The position numbers were made by a program, and so were the translations under genes. Source: Syntrophaceae bacterium (GTDB taxonomy: Bacteria; Desulfobacterota; Syntrophia; Syntrophales; Smithellaceae). Taken from it: 64,000 nt of DNA. The notes beneath the pieces were generated by a model, which was not told the origin of the DNA, did not search any database, and worked only from the letters and a program-made list of their open reading frames with translations. Of this stretch, positions 19,611 through 29,311 are shown piece after piece. Location of the stretch: NCBI GenBank assembly GCA_018436925.1, contig JAHDKI010000030.1:2598-66597 (forward strand), read 5' to 3'. Position 1 is the first letter of the stretch; each line of letters starts with the position of its first letter.

Positions 19611-20666
19611 TCAGGCGTTGGTTTTCTTTTCCGCCGTTTCCTTGAGTTCCGTAAAGATCATGCGACCCGCCGTAGTCTGCAAAACACTGGTCACGACGAC
19701 GTCCACCGTTGAATTGATCAGTTTTTGCGCATGATCCACAATGATCATCGTTCCGTCGTCCAAATAGCCCACACCCTGGCCGGCCTCCTTGCCTTCGCGG
19801 ATGATTTTGACCGACATCTGTTCTCCGGGCAGAACAACCGGCTTCATGGCATTGGCCAATTCGTTGACATTGAGCACCCGAACGCCCTGAAGCTCGGCAA
19901 CTTTATTGAGGTTGTAGTCGTTGGTCAGAAGCTTGGCGTTCATTTTTTTGGCCAGCGCGACGAGTTTGCCGTCCACCCCCTTGATCTTGGGAAAATCCTG
20001 CTCGACAATGTCGATATTGATGGTGGTGATTTTCTGCATGCGATTTAAGACATCCAGGCCGCGCCGCCCCCGGGACCGCTTCATCGAATCGGACGAATCC
20101 GCAATAAACTGCAGCTCGTTCAAGACAAAACGCGGAACGATCAGATCCCCTTCCATGAAACCCGCATCGCAGATATCGGCGATCCGGCCGTCAATGATGA
20201 CGGACGTATCCAGAACCCGATGATCGGCATGTCCCTTGGCGTCGGAAGCTGAAAAACTGAATTCCTCAACTTTTTTCGACCCCAAAACCAGACCCAGATA
20301 CCCCAAAATCCCTGTGAGCAAAAGAAAGAGCCACGGCACCACCTGCTGATTTTCCTTGATTTTAATCAATAGATTCAATCCAAAGCCCAAAATCAAGGCG
20401 ATAAGCAGGCCGATGGTCATCCCGATCACACCGCCGGCGATCACCCGCAACGATAGTTTACGAATGTCCTTTTCCAGCCGGATCACAAGAAGCGCAACCA
20501 GTAAGCCTATAATAAAGCCGATAACAGCCCGAAGAATCAGATATGAACTGTCTTGCGCCATGTAATACGCAATCGCGTACCCGCTTGCGGAACAGGCCGC
20601 GACCAAAAGAATTCTTACAATCAATTCGATTCCACCTCCTCCTGAAATATTATTGATAATCAACAA
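19611..20666 (-). CDS. PIN/TRAM domain membrane protein (YacL-like)
   Basis: Four N-terminal TM helices, a PIN domain (VLDTSVIIDGRI), and a C-terminal TRAM-like beta domain. It sits at the conserved position upstream of ispD/ispF/gltX, as in Bacillus yacL. Confidence 0.8.
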   Translation of the reverse strand: MLIINNISGGGGIELIVRILLVAACSASGYAIAYYMAQDSSYLILRAVIGFIIGLLVALLVIRLEKDIRKLSLRVIAGGVIGMTIGLLIALILGFGLNLLIKIKENQQVVPWLFLLLTGILGYLGLVLGSKKVEEFSFSASDAKGHADHRVLDTSVIIDGRIADICDAGFMEGDLIVPRFVLNELQFIADSSDSMKRSRGRRGLDVLNRMQKITTINIDIVEQDFPKIKGVDGKLVALAKKMNAKLLTNDYNLNKVAELQGVRVLNVNELANAMKPVVLPGEQMSVKIIREGKEAGQGVGYLDDGTMIIVDHAQKLINSTVDVVVTSVLQTTAGRMIFTELKETAEKKTNA

Positions 20667-20767
20667 TTTAAAAAAAATGGAGGCAATGTTTCCGCTTTTT
20701 TAAATCGAAAAAAAAGCGCACCTGTCTTTCTCAAATTGTCAAAGAGCAAAAAAGGAAATCCAAAAGG

Positions 20768-21253
20768 TTATTGAACCGTAAAAATCATCTGTAATTCCCG
20801 CTCAACCTTGGATTCCTGGGCGTTGGTGGCTACGGAAATCTCTTTGACCAAGAGGTTTTTGGCCGTATCCATCATTTTCCGCTCGCCGAATGACAAATTC
20901 TTGTCGCTTTTGAGAATGAACAAATCCCTCAAGACGCTGGCAATTTCGAAAACCGACCCGGTTTTGATCTTTTCGAGATACTCCCGGTAACGCTTGTTCC
21001 AGGTCTGCTTATCGATGGTCACGTCTTTATTACGAAGAATTTCATAGACTTTTGGAATTTCCTTTTCCATAATGACCTCGCGCAGGCCGACGGCTTTGGC
21101 CGACGTGGTCGGAATCATGATTTTCATTCCGTTGCCCATGATTTTCATAACGTAAAAGGGCTGTTTCTTGCCCATGACTTCTCTATTTTCAATGGCTTCA
21201 ATGACCCCGACCCCCTGGGCCGGATACACCGCTAAATCCCCTACCTTAAACAT
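20768..21253 (-). CDS. carD: CarD/CdnL family RNA-polymerase-binding transcription regulator
   Basis: MFKVGDLAVYPAQGVGVIEAIE ... FYVMKI is the canonical CarD_TRCF N-terminal domain. 161 aa. Confidence 0.9.
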   Translation of the reverse strand: MFKVGDLAVYPAQGVGVIEAIENREVMGKKQPFYVMKIMGNGMKIMIPTTSAKAVGLREVIMEKEIPKVYEILRNKDVTIDKQTWNKRYREYLEKIKTGSVFEIASVLRDLFILKSDKNLSFGERKMMDTAKNLLVKEISVATNAQESKVERELQMIFTVQ

Positions 21254-21289
21254 TTTTGACCTCGCTTTATTTTACCATAATAACGTGGC

Positions 21290-21318
21290 AGACTACCACA
21301 TTAAGGCCATTTCGTCAA
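21290..21318 (-). promoter_or_regulatory. Candidate sigma70 promoter of carD
   Basis: On the minus strand: TTGACG (21318-21313), a 17-nt spacer ending in TGG (TGn extended -10 context), then TAGTCT (21295-21290). It lies about 35 nt upstream of the carD ATG. Confidence 0.35.
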
Positions 21319-21445
21319 TGATCAATACAATTTACTGAAATGCTTCAGGATTGAAGGGCGGCAGGAGGTTCCGGGCCGCAGACAGTCAAAAAGTGCGCCG
21401 CATCTTGCAGGCAAAGGAATTTTTTGTCTCCGGCAGACCTTTTTT

Positions 21446-22423
21446 TCAAATCAATCGTTCCTTCATGGACGCAATAACCTGTTGAACCGATCCGCCCTGC
21501 CTTTCGAGCCGCTCCAGCAAGCCGGCCAGTCGCAGGCAAACAGCGTCATCTTGAAAATCGGACAGATACCGAACTGCGCCCAAATATTTCCCGTACTGAA
21601 ACAGCCGTTGACGGGCCTCGTCCCAGGACAGGTAGCCGTCAATGGTTTCAAGCAGCCTGGCTTTGTCTTCGGGCAGCGTTCCTTCGAGCTCTTCAAGCAG
21701 GTTCAGAACATGATCGGAAACCAGTCTCGTTTGTTGAAGGTTCAGCAAATCGATAAAAAGGCGAATTTCCCGCACAATTCCGTCATCGGAGGGTCTTTCA
21801 AAATCGCCGCGGCGCGCCATGGCGTCAAGAGCCGTGCCGGGAAGCACATGCAGTGTCCGCAGGCGAATGAGATCCGGCTTGATGTCATTGACCACATCGG
21901 CGCTCATTCGCGCATGCTGTTCGGACAGAAGGCGGCCGCCCAGACCGGGCATCACATAAACCGACAGCTCGATTCCTGCCTTTCGGATGCTTAACCCCGC
22001 CTTCCGATGCCGGTCGGCGTCAACCCCTTTGCGGACGAAAGACAAGACCTCGTCGCATCCGCTTTCCAGACCCATATGAACCCGCGTCAGGCCGGCCCGG
22101 CGAAGATCCGCCAACTCTTCGAGGGGCTTGCGGGCGAGAGTGCCCGATCGCGCATAGCACGTCACCCGGCCGATGAAAGGAAGCTGGCGCCGAAGAAACT
22201 GCAACACGTCCATCAAATCGGGTGTTTTCCAAACCAGCGGATCGGCATCCTGCAAAAACACGTTGCCTGTTTGCCGGTACAGCCAGACGGCCACTCTCAG
22301 AAAACCGTCGCTTGCCGCCCCTGAATCAAAAAGATGTTTCATGACGCCGCGCGTCACACAGCCTGCGTGTCCGAGCGACGCGGACAGATCCCGAATCCGG
22401 TCAACCGTTTCCCGGATCAGCAC
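21446..22423 (-). CDS. Radical SAM protein; 5' boundary unresolved, with coding sequence continuing at least to 22528
   Basis: TIM-barrel radical SAM core blocks are present (RVHMGLESGCDEVL, YVMPGLGG). The SAM-cluster cysteines (RLVRNCPWNRCVFCRSY) are encoded in-frame upstream of the listed GTG at 22423. See the finding on this gene. Confidence 0.7.
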   Translation of the reverse strand: MLIRETVDRIRDLSASLGHAGCVTRGVMKHLFDSGAASDGFLRVAVWLYRQTGNVFLQDADPLVWKTPDLMDVLQFLRRQLPFIGRVTCYARSGTLARKPLEELADLRRAGLTRVHMGLESGCDEVLSFVRKGVDADRHRKAGLSIRKAGIELSVYVMPGLGGRLLSEQHARMSADVVNDIKPDLIRLRTLHVLPGTALDAMARRGDFERPSDDGIVREIRLFIDLLNLQQTRLVSDHVLNLLEELEGTLPEDKARLLETIDGYLSWDEARQRLFQYGKYLGAVRYLSDFQDDAVCLRLAGLLERLERQGGSVQQVIASMKERLI

Positions 22424-22575
22424 AATATCCTTTTTAACCTCCTGCGCGCTGCGCAGGGAAAAAGATGTCCCGGCGTAGCTGCGGCAAAAAACGCACCGGT
22501 TCCAGGGACAGTTCCGGACCAGACGGATCGTTCAAAACGGACATGGCCTGACCTGCAAGAAAGACTTTCCGCCGG

Positions 22576-23388
22576 CTAGGGCAGATAGAAAAGCGGATTG
22601 CGCGCTTTGCCCTTGAGCCGGACTTCGAAATGCATAAAGACTTTTCCGGACGCGTCTTTGACGCCTGCCGATCCGATGACTTGCCCTTGAGTTACAGACT
22701 GGTCCGTCTGGACGCGACGATTTTTCAGATGGGTGTAGACCGTGGCCAGATCATTTGCATGGCGGATGATGACCGTTTCGCCGTAATCCTTCAGCTCGGC
22801 TGAAAAAATCACCGTCCCGGCGGCTGCAGCTTGAATCGGCGCGGAAGGCGGGCAGACAATCCGAATCCAGTTGTGATAGGTCTTATTGGGTTGCAGGCCG
22901 AAACGCGTCGTCACGGTGCCCCGCACCGGCCAGGCCAGCTTGCCTTTGGCCGCGGCGACCTCCGCTCTGGATGCTTTGGGCGCGGGCTGCGGCGCGGGTG
23001 CCGGCGCGGGTTTAACCGCTGGGGACGGCGCGGGTGTCGGCGCCTTCCGGTCCGGATCGGGCGGGCGGTCTTGGGGCGGTTTCGTTTCCGACGCCGCAGA
23101 GGGGTCTGCGGAAACCGGCGGCGGGGCGACTTTGGCCACTACCATGACGTCTTCAATGACCTGATCCGCATCGGGAATAAAAAGCACCTGCCCTTCCCGG
23201 ATCAGGGAGACTTCTTCCAGATGATTGATTTCAGCCAGGTCATCGAGCGAAATCGAATAGGCCTTTGCGATGCTGTATGCGGTTTCGCCTTTTTTGACGA
23301 TGTGATAAACACCTGTCGCACGGCCGGGCCTGATCTCGGGCGCGCTGCAGGCGACCGCCAGCGCCAGGCACATAAGAATCAACGGCAT
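22576..23388 (-). CDS. nlpD: NlpD-like lipoprotein: LysM domain plus degenerate LytM (M23) domain
   Basis: ATG at 23388 gives MPLILMCLALAVAC with lipobox LAVAC; the longer 23484 start would overlap pcm. LysM is YHIVKKGETAYSIAKAYSISLDDLAEIN, followed by a Pro/Ala-rich linker. The M23 domain has substituted metal ligands (YHNWIR instead of HxxxD, FMHFE instead of HxH), as in amidase activators. Confidence 0.8.
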   Translation of the reverse strand: MPLILMCLALAVACSAPEIRPGRATGVYHIVKKGETAYSIAKAYSISLDDLAEINHLEEVSLIREGQVLFIPDADQVIEDVMVVAKVAPPPVSADPSAASETKPPQDRPPDPDRKAPTPAPSPAVKPAPAPAPQPAPKASRAEVAAAKGKLAWPVRGTVTTRFGLQPNKTYHNWIRIVCPPSAPIQAAAAGTVIFSAELKDYGETVIIRHANDLATVYTHLKNRRVQTDQSVTQGQVIGSAGVKDASGKVFMHFEVRLKGKARNPLFYLP

Positions 23389-23438
23389 TTTGAACCCGCG
23401 CGCGCCGGCAAAAAAAACGCGGAGCCATCGATGCCGCT

Positions 23439-24092
23439 TCACTCTTTCCACCCGCTTTCCCCGATCAGGGACACAAAGCGGCAACCGCCTAAGTCTTCTG
23501 GCAGAAGTTCATCGGGCGCATCCGCCTTGCGGGTCATCTTATACAGGGTCTGGACATCGCGGCCGCCGATGGGCGCCACCAGTCTGCCGCCGGGCGCAAG
23601 TTGTTCGATAAGATATGGCGGAATGCGCGGCGCGGCCGCCGTGGTGATGATCGCGTCAAACGGCGCCTCTTCTTTCCATCCCCAGGATCCGTCTCCAACG
23701 CGAATCGCAACGTTGTAAAAATTGAGATGATCGAGAATTCTACGGGCCCGCGAGGCCAACGATGCGATGCGTTCGATGGAAAAAACCCGGTCGCAAAGCG
23801 ACGCGAGAATCGCGGTTTGATACCCCGAGCCGGTGCCGATTTCCAAAACGCGCTCCTTTCCCGTCAGGGACAGGGCCTGCGTCATCAGCGCGACAATATA
23901 AGGCTGGGAAATGGTTTGGCGCTCTCCAATGGGCAGCGGATTGTCGCTGTAGGCCGATGCGATCAGCCCCTCATCCACAAATAAGTGCCGGGGGATGGTT
24001 TCCATGGCTTTGAGCACACGCTCATCGCTAATGCCGCGCGCCCGGATCTGGCCCTCCACCATGCGCAGGCGCTGCTTTTTGTATCGGTCCAT
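23439..24092 (-). CDS. pcm: Protein-L-isoaspartate O-methyltransferase
   Basis: [10 protein letters not shown] and [13 protein letters not shown] (SAM motif I). 217 aa, in the classical pcm-nlpD order. Confidence 0.9.
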   Translation of the reverse strand: MDRYKKQRLRMVEGQIRARGISDERVLKAMETIPRHLFVDEGLIASAYSDNPLPIGERQTISQPYIVALMTQALSLTGKERVLEIGTGSGYQTAILASLCDRVFSIERIASLASRARRILDHLNFYNVAIRVGDGSWGWKEEAPFDAIITTAAAPRIPPYLIEQLAPGGRLVAPIGGRDVQTLYKMTRKADAPDELLPEDLGGCRFVSLIGESGWKE

Positions 24093-24463
24093 CAGATTGC
24101 CCGTATTCTTTTCTTTTTCGGCGGGATGCGGTAGATGTCCCGCACAAGGTCGTGTTTTCTCAGTCCCATCGCCTCCCGGGTTACGATCAGATAATAGTAC
24201 TTCAGCTCGGCCAGGCGACAGGCGTCGTTGAACTGGTCGATCAGGTCGTTTACGAGCATCGGGTCAGCGGACGCGTCATCGCGGGAGGCCTCGTCTCCGG
24301 AGTTAAGAAGCGCAATCAGGCGCCGGTCGATCGCCGCCAGCTTCTCGAGCGCGTCTTCGACCGCCCGCCCCGCGCGGCCGAGCACCGCGGCGCGCTCGCG
24401 CAGGAGCTCTTCGGCCAGGATATTCGAACTGTCTTCGCGTATCGATTGAACGGACAAGCGCAC
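24092..24463 (-). CDS. Hypothetical helical protein translationally coupled to pcm
   Basis: Its stop shares one nt with the pcm start (TGATG). I prefer GTG 24463, preceded by AGGAAGGAAAC, over the listed 24640 start. No recognisable domain. Confidence 0.5.
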   Translation of the reverse strand: MRLSVQSIREDSSNILAEELLRERAAVLGRAGRAVEDALEKLAAIDRRLIALLNSGDEASRDDASADPMLVNDLIDQFNDACRLAELKYYYLIVTREAMGLRKHDLVRDIYRIPPKKKRIRAI

Positions 24464-24671
24464 GTTTGTTGTTTCCTTCCTAAAATTCCTAAAGCCGTAA
24501 ACGGTTTCCGTGGGGTGGCTCTTATCACTTAAGCGTTGAATTTTCAAGTCGAAAGCCCGCCGCAGACGGTTCGACACGGCCGACCGGAAAGGTTTTTTTT
24601 CTTTACAGCGGGGCATTATTCCGTTAGACAAAGGCCTCAAACACTGGAATCGTCAAAGATGGTATTCTTTC

Positions 24672-26276
24672 ATGCGCGCTGATATGCACTTTCCTTTATC
24701 CGAAGCTGTCCGCGGAGCCTACCGCAAGGGGCAGGAAGACGAAACACTCGAACCGCTGGTTGCCGCATCGGAAGCCCAAATCCCCATCGGCCGCATCCGC
24801 CCGGATGACGCCGTCATTTTCTACAATATCCGCGGCGAGCGCGAAATTGAACTCACCCGCGCGCTCACCGAAGACGACTTCTCCGAATTCCCTGTGGACC
24901 CGAAGCTGAATCTCGCCTTTGCGACGATGATCGAATACGACCGGCGCCTCAAGACGGCCGTGGCCTTCCCTCCTGAAACGCAGCTGGCCGACACGCTGGG
25001 CGATGTGATTGCCGCTGCGGGGTTGAGGCAGGTCCGGATCACCGAAGCGGAAAAAGCGGTCCATGTCGGTTTTTTCTTAAACGGCAAAAAAGCGGATCCG
25101 CTGCCCGGCGAAGAACGGATTATCGTTCCCACGCGCAAAGACGTGGCTTTGTTTGACGAGGCGCCGGAAATGTCCATCGACCAGATCGCTCAAACCGCTG
25201 TGGAAAAAATCCGCGATCCGCAATGCTCGGTGATCATCGTGAATTTTCCCAACGTGGATGTCGTGGGACATATCGAAAACGAACAGGCGGTCATCCGCGC
25301 CGTCGAAGCGGTGGACCGGCATCTGGGACAGGTGCTGTCCGAAGCCCGAACCATCAACCTGCCGGCTCTGGTCACGGCGGACCACGGCACGGTGGAAAAA
25401 TGGCTCTACCCCGACGGCGCCGTCGACACCGGTCATACAACGAGCCGGGTTCCTTTCATCCTGATCCATCCCGACAAGGATCTGAAACTCGCCTCCGCGG
25501 GCGAGCTGACCGATATCGCGCCCACCATGCTCTCCCTTCTGGGGCTTGCCGTCCCGCAAGTCATGACCGGACGGTGCCTGATTGACAAGCCCGTCGGTCA
25601 CCCGGACGCAAAGAAGCGCCTCTTGCTGATCATCCTCGACGGATGGGGACACAATGACAACGCTGAAGGCAATCTGATTGCCCGGGCGCGCACGCCCGTC
25701 ATGGACGAGCTCCTCAAGCGCCACCCCTGGACAACGCTCGACGCCTCCGGAACGGCCGTCGGGCTGCCCGACGGCACGGTCGGCAATTCAGAGGCGGGCC
25801 ATCTGCATATCGGCGCCGGACGGCGCATTTACTCCGACCGCCTGAAGATCGACCAGGCCATCGCCGAAGGCGGTTTTTTTTCCAATCCCGCTTTCACCGG
25901 GGTCATGAACACAACCAAAAAGCGGGGCAAGGCCCTGCATCTGATGGGCATCGTTTCCTTCTTCAGCTCTCACGGCTCGATTGAGCACTTGTTCGCTCTC
26001 ATGGAAATGGCCAGAAGGCAGGGGATCAAAGACCTCTACATTCACGGCATGCTGGGCCGGCGCGGCGAACTGCCGGAAAGCGGCGCCCGGTACATCCGCC
26101 AGGTGGAGGAAAAATGTCAAAGTCTCGGCTTGGGGCGCGTGGTCTCCGTGATCGGCCGCTACTGGTCGATGGATCGCGAGGAAAACTGGGACCGGATTGA
26201 AAAAACCTACCGGATGCTGATTTCCGGCGACGGGGAAAAAGTCCCCGCGGAGTCGACGCATGAACACAACAGTTAA
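24672..26276 (+). CDS. gpmI: 2,3-bisphosphoglycerate-independent phosphoglycerate mutase, circularly permuted domain order
   Basis: All iPGM blocks are present but in rearranged order. The first about 304 aa carry [42 protein letters not shown] and the C-terminal MTGRCLI. Then comes a linker, then the canonical N-terminus: [45 protein letters not shown]. Confidence 0.85.
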   Translation: MRADMHFPLSEAVRGAYRKGQEDETLEPLVAASEAQIPIGRIRPDDAVIFYNIRGEREIELTRALTEDDFSEFPVDPKLNLAFATMIEYDRRLKTAVAFPPETQLADTLGDVIAAAGLRQVRITEAEKAVHVGFFLNGKKADPLPGEERIIVPTRKDVALFDEAPEMSIDQIAQTAVEKIRDPQCSVIIVNFPNVDVVGHIENEQAVIRAVEAVDRHLGQVLSEARTINLPALVTADHGTVEKWLYPDGAVDTGHTTSRVPFILIHPDKDLKLASAGELTDIAPTMLSLLGLAVPQVMTGRCLIDKPVGHPDAKKRLLLIILDGWGHNDNAEGNLIARARTPVMDELLKRHPWTTLDASGTAVGLPDGTVGNSEAGHLHIGAGRRIYSDRLKIDQAIAEGGFFSNPAFTGVMNTTKKRGKALHLMGIVSFFSSHGSIEHLFALMEMARRQGIKDLYIHGMLGRRGELPESGARYIRQVEEKCQSLGLGRVVSVIGRYWSMDREENWDRIEKTYRMLISGDGEKVPAESTHEHNS

Positions 26277-26790
26277 TCAAACGCGAATCGAAGTGGCCCA
26301 AGGCGACATCACCCTGGAAACCGTTGACGCCATTGTCAATGCGGCCAACAGCCGCCTGGCCGGCGGCGGCGGTGTGGACGGCGCCATTCACCGGGCGGGA
26401 GGCCCGGCGATTATGGACGCGTGTCGGCAAATCGGCGGCTGTGCGACCGGCGAGGCCGTCATCACCACCGGCGGCAATCTTCCCGCCCGCTTTGTCATCC
26501 ACACGGTGGGGCCGGTCTGGCGCGGCGGCCAGCATGGCGAGGCCGGGCTTCTGGCTGCGGCCTACCAAAACAGCCTTGCCCTCGCGTCGCAAAAGGGTTT
26601 GCAAAGCATCGCCTTTCCGGCTATAAGTTGCGGGGCTTACGGTTATCCGGTCTCAGACGCCGCCTGCCTGGCGCTTGCCGCCTGCATGGAATTCGCCCGC
26701 GCGGAAACGGGAATCCGGCTGATCCGCCATGTTCTGTTCGATCGAGTCACGTATGATGTGTTTGCCCAGGAATTTGCGAAACGGATTTAA
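26260..26790 (+). CDS. Macro-domain protein (O-acetyl-ADP-ribose deacetylase / ADP-ribose binding, YmdB-like)
   Basis: [37 protein letters not shown] ... [14 protein letters not shown] is the canonical macro-domain signature. Overlaps the gpmI 3' end by 17 nt. Confidence 0.85.
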   Translation: MNTTVNQTRIEVAQGDITLETVDAIVNAANSRLAGGGGVDGAIHRAGGPAIMDACRQIGGCATGEAVITTGGNLPARFVIHTVGPVWRGGQHGEAGLLAAAYQNSLALASQKGLQSIAFPAISCGAYGYPVSDAACLALAACMEFARAETGIRLIRHVLFDRVTYDVFAQEFAKRI

Positions 26791-26804
26791 ACTCTGGTGC
26801 CGGG

Positions 26805-28823
26805 ATGGATGCAAGGCCGACTTACCAGCAACTTGAAGACAAGATCGCCGAGCTGTCCGATAGGATTCATCAGCAGATCAATCTGGAAAACCAGTACCGC
26901 AATCTGGTGGACTCCACAAGCGACTCGCTGTATCTGGTCGATGAAGACGGCCGCTACCTTTTCATGAATCAAAACCACGCCCGGCGCCTGGGGCGGCCCC
27001 GCGAAAAGATCGCCGGATTGTCGTATCTGGATTTTCATTCCCCCGAACAATACAAGCACTTCGCGGCCAAAATCAAAACCGTCTTTGAGACGGGCATCTC
27101 CATCCGCGACGAACACTCCAGCGAACGGGACAACCGCTATTTTCTGCGGACGTTTTCGCCGGTTCGGGATCCGCGCGACGCCAAACGGATCGTCGCCGTT
27201 TCAGTGGTGTCCAAAGACATCACCGACAGACGACAGACGGAGGAGGCCCTCAAGCGCTCGGAAGAAAAATACCGCCAGCTCATCGAACACTCTTCCGAAG
27301 CGATCTTCATTCTCAATCAGGGCCGCTTCAGTTACGCCAATCCCCGAACCGGGCAGATGCTGGGCCATGCCCAGGACGAGCTCCCGCTTATTTCATTTCT
27401 CAACCTGGTCATCGCTGAAGACCGCGAGATGGTGTTCGACCGCCAGAAAGCCATTCTGGAGGGAGATCATTCAACAACGACCTACAATTTCCGCATCGTC
27501 AACCGAGACGACGCCACGATCTGGGTCGAAACCAACAGCGTGTTTATTCTCTGGGAAAAACAGCCCTCCACGCTGAACTTCATGCGGGATATCACCCGTC
27601 AGAAGCGCACGGAAACCCGGCTTCTACAGGCCCAGAAAATGGAATCCATCGGCACGCTGGCCGGCGGCATCGCCCATGATTTCAATAATCTCCTCATGGG
27701 GATTCAGGGCCACACCTCTTTGGCCCTTTTGAATCAGGACAAGAGCGATCCCAATTTCGAGCATCTCAAAACCATCGAATCGCTGGTGGCCAGCGGCGCG
27801 AATCTGACCAAACAGCTTCTGGGCTTCGCCCGCGGCGGCAAATATGAAGTCAAGCGAGTCGATCTCAACGCGCTGATCACAAAGACGTCCGATACCATCG
27901 GCCGCACCAGAAAGGACATCTCCATCCATCGCCAACTGGAGAAGAATCTCTGGACGACGGATGTGGACCAGGGGCAGATCGAACAGGTTCTGCTCAATTT
28001 GCTGGTCAATGCCTCACAGGCCATGCCCGGAGGCGGCGAACTCTACCTCGAAACCCAAAACATCGTTCTGGATGAAAGCCGATTCAAACCGGTCGCCAGG
28101 CGCAAAGGCCCCTTTGTTAAAATCTCCGTCACCGATACGGGCATCGGCATGGATGAAAAAACAAAAGACCGCATTTTCGAACCTTTTTTCACCACCCGTG
28201 AAATGGGGCGCGGCACGGGTTTGGGGCTGGCCTCCGCATACGGCATCATCAAAAATCACAGCGGCTTTATCAATGTGTACTCGGAAAAGGGGCAGGGAAC
28301 GACTTTCAACATCTATCTGCCCGCATCCATCCGCAAAGGAACGCAGGACAGTCTGCCCGACGCCGAAACCGAACCCGAAACGGCGGTGTTTGACGAGACG
28401 ATTCTGATCATCGACGACGAAGCCATGATCCTCAACGTCGCCACGGACATGCTCAAGACGCTGGGCTACAGGATTCTGACGGCGAACAACGGACCGGCGG
28501 CCATCGAACTGTACCGCCAGCAGATGAACCGCATCGATCTGATCATTCTCGATATGATCATGCCGGACATGAGCGGCTCGGAAGTTTTCGATGAACTCAA
28601 AAGGATCAACCCCCGGATCAAAATCCTTTTATCGAGCGGATACAGTTTAAACAGCCAGGCCGCGCAGATTCTGGACCGCGGATGCGACGGTTTTATTCAG
28701 AAACCCTTCACGCTCCGCGACATCTCCCGCCAGATGAGGGAAATCCTCGGCAACAAGACCAAAGCGTCGCCCCAACTGCCGTTGCCGATCATCCTCGACG
28801 CCCGGCAAGAGGACGGATTATGA
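26805..28823 (+). CDS. Hybrid sensor histidine kinase: coiled coil, 2 PAS, HisKA (AHDFNN type), HATPase_c, REC
   Basis: H-box [14 protein letters not shown]. ATPase N, G1 and G2 boxes are [16 protein letters not shown] and GTGLGL. The C-terminal receiver is ILIIDDE...[14 protein letters not shown]...KPF. Confidence 0.85.
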   Translation: MDARPTYQQLEDKIAELSDRIHQQINLENQYRNLVDSTSDSLYLVDEDGRYLFMNQNHARRLGRPREKIAGLSYLDFHSPEQYKHFAAKIKTVFETGISIRDEHSSERDNRYFLRTFSPVRDPRDAKRIVAVSVVSKDITDRRQTEEALKRSEEKYRQLIEHSSEAIFILNQGRFSYANPRTGQMLGHAQDELPLISFLNLVIAEDREMVFDRQKAILEGDHSTTTYNFRIVNRDDATIWVETNSVFILWEKQPSTLNFMRDITRQKRTETRLLQAQKMESIGTLAGGIAHDFNNLLMGIQGHTSLALLNQDKSDPNFEHLKTIESLVASGANLTKQLLGFARGGKYEVKRVDLNALITKTSDTIGRTRKDISIHRQLEKNLWTTDVDQGQIEQVLLNLLVNASQAMPGGGELYLETQNIVLDESRFKPVARRKGPFVKISVTDTGIGMDEKTKDRIFEPFFTTREMGRGTGLGLASAYGIIKNHSGFINVYSEKGQGTTFNIYLPASIRKGTQDSLPDAETEPETAVFDETILIIDDEAMILNVATDMLKTLGYRILTANNGPAAIELYRQQMNRIDLIILDMIMPDMSGSEVFDELKRINPRIKILLSSGYSLNSQAAQILDRGCDGFIQKPFTLRDISRQMREILGNKTKASPQLPLPIILDARQEDGL

Positions 28824-29311
28824 GGAAAAGACGCTCGGGAAGCGCCCCGCAACCGCTGGGCGATATCCTTTATGCCGCGCTCAAACGGCGCGGCATGACG
28901 GCCGGTCTGGACATTCACGCGGTCCTCAAACTCTGGCCCGCGGCGGTCGGACCCCGCATCGCGGCGCAAACCCGACCCGACGGGCTGCGAGCAGGCCGGC
29001 TTTTCGTCCGCGCCGCCTCGTCCGTCTGGGTTCAGCAGCTGCATTTTCTCAAACAGGAAATTATTGAAAAGCTCAATGCGCTTTGCGGCAAGCCAACCGT
29101 TCGGGAAATTCTCTTCACTGTCGGGCACATTCCGGCGGCCGAGCTCTCCTTGCCGCTGCAAACACCACCCGCACTGGAGGCGCGAGACCGGAAAATGATC
29201 GAGGAGTCCACCGCCGGACTGGCCGATCGGGAACTGGCGGCGATTCTCCGGCGCGTCATGGAAAAAGAAATCAGCCGGAGGCGCCGTCTGGAGGCGCTGC
29301 GAGGCCGGTAA
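28820..29311 (+). CDS. DUF721 (DciA-like) protein
   Basis: ATGA overlap with the kinase stop. PQPLGDILYAALKRRGM ... VLKLWPAAVGPRIAAQTRPDGLRAGRLFVRAASSVWVQQLHFLKQEIIEKLN is the typical DUF721 pattern. Confidence 0.7.
   Translation: MRKRRSGSAPQPLGDILYAALKRRGMTAGLDIHAVLKLWPAAVGPRIAAQTRPDGLRAGRLFVRAASSVWVQQLHFLKQEIIEKLNALCGKPTVREILFTVGHIPAAELSLPLQTPPALEARDRKMIEESTAGLADRELAAILRRVMEKEISRRRRLEALRGR

Noticed and set aside
21411-21445. GTCT-ccggc-AGAC hairpin flanked by T and A runs after the radical SAM gene.
   Set aside because: The stem has only 4 bp, which is too weak to call a terminator.
22831-23718. 295-aa plus-strand ORF.
   Set aside because: It is antisense to nlpD and pcm, and its Arg/Gly-rich translation reflects the Pro/Ala-rich linker on the true strand.
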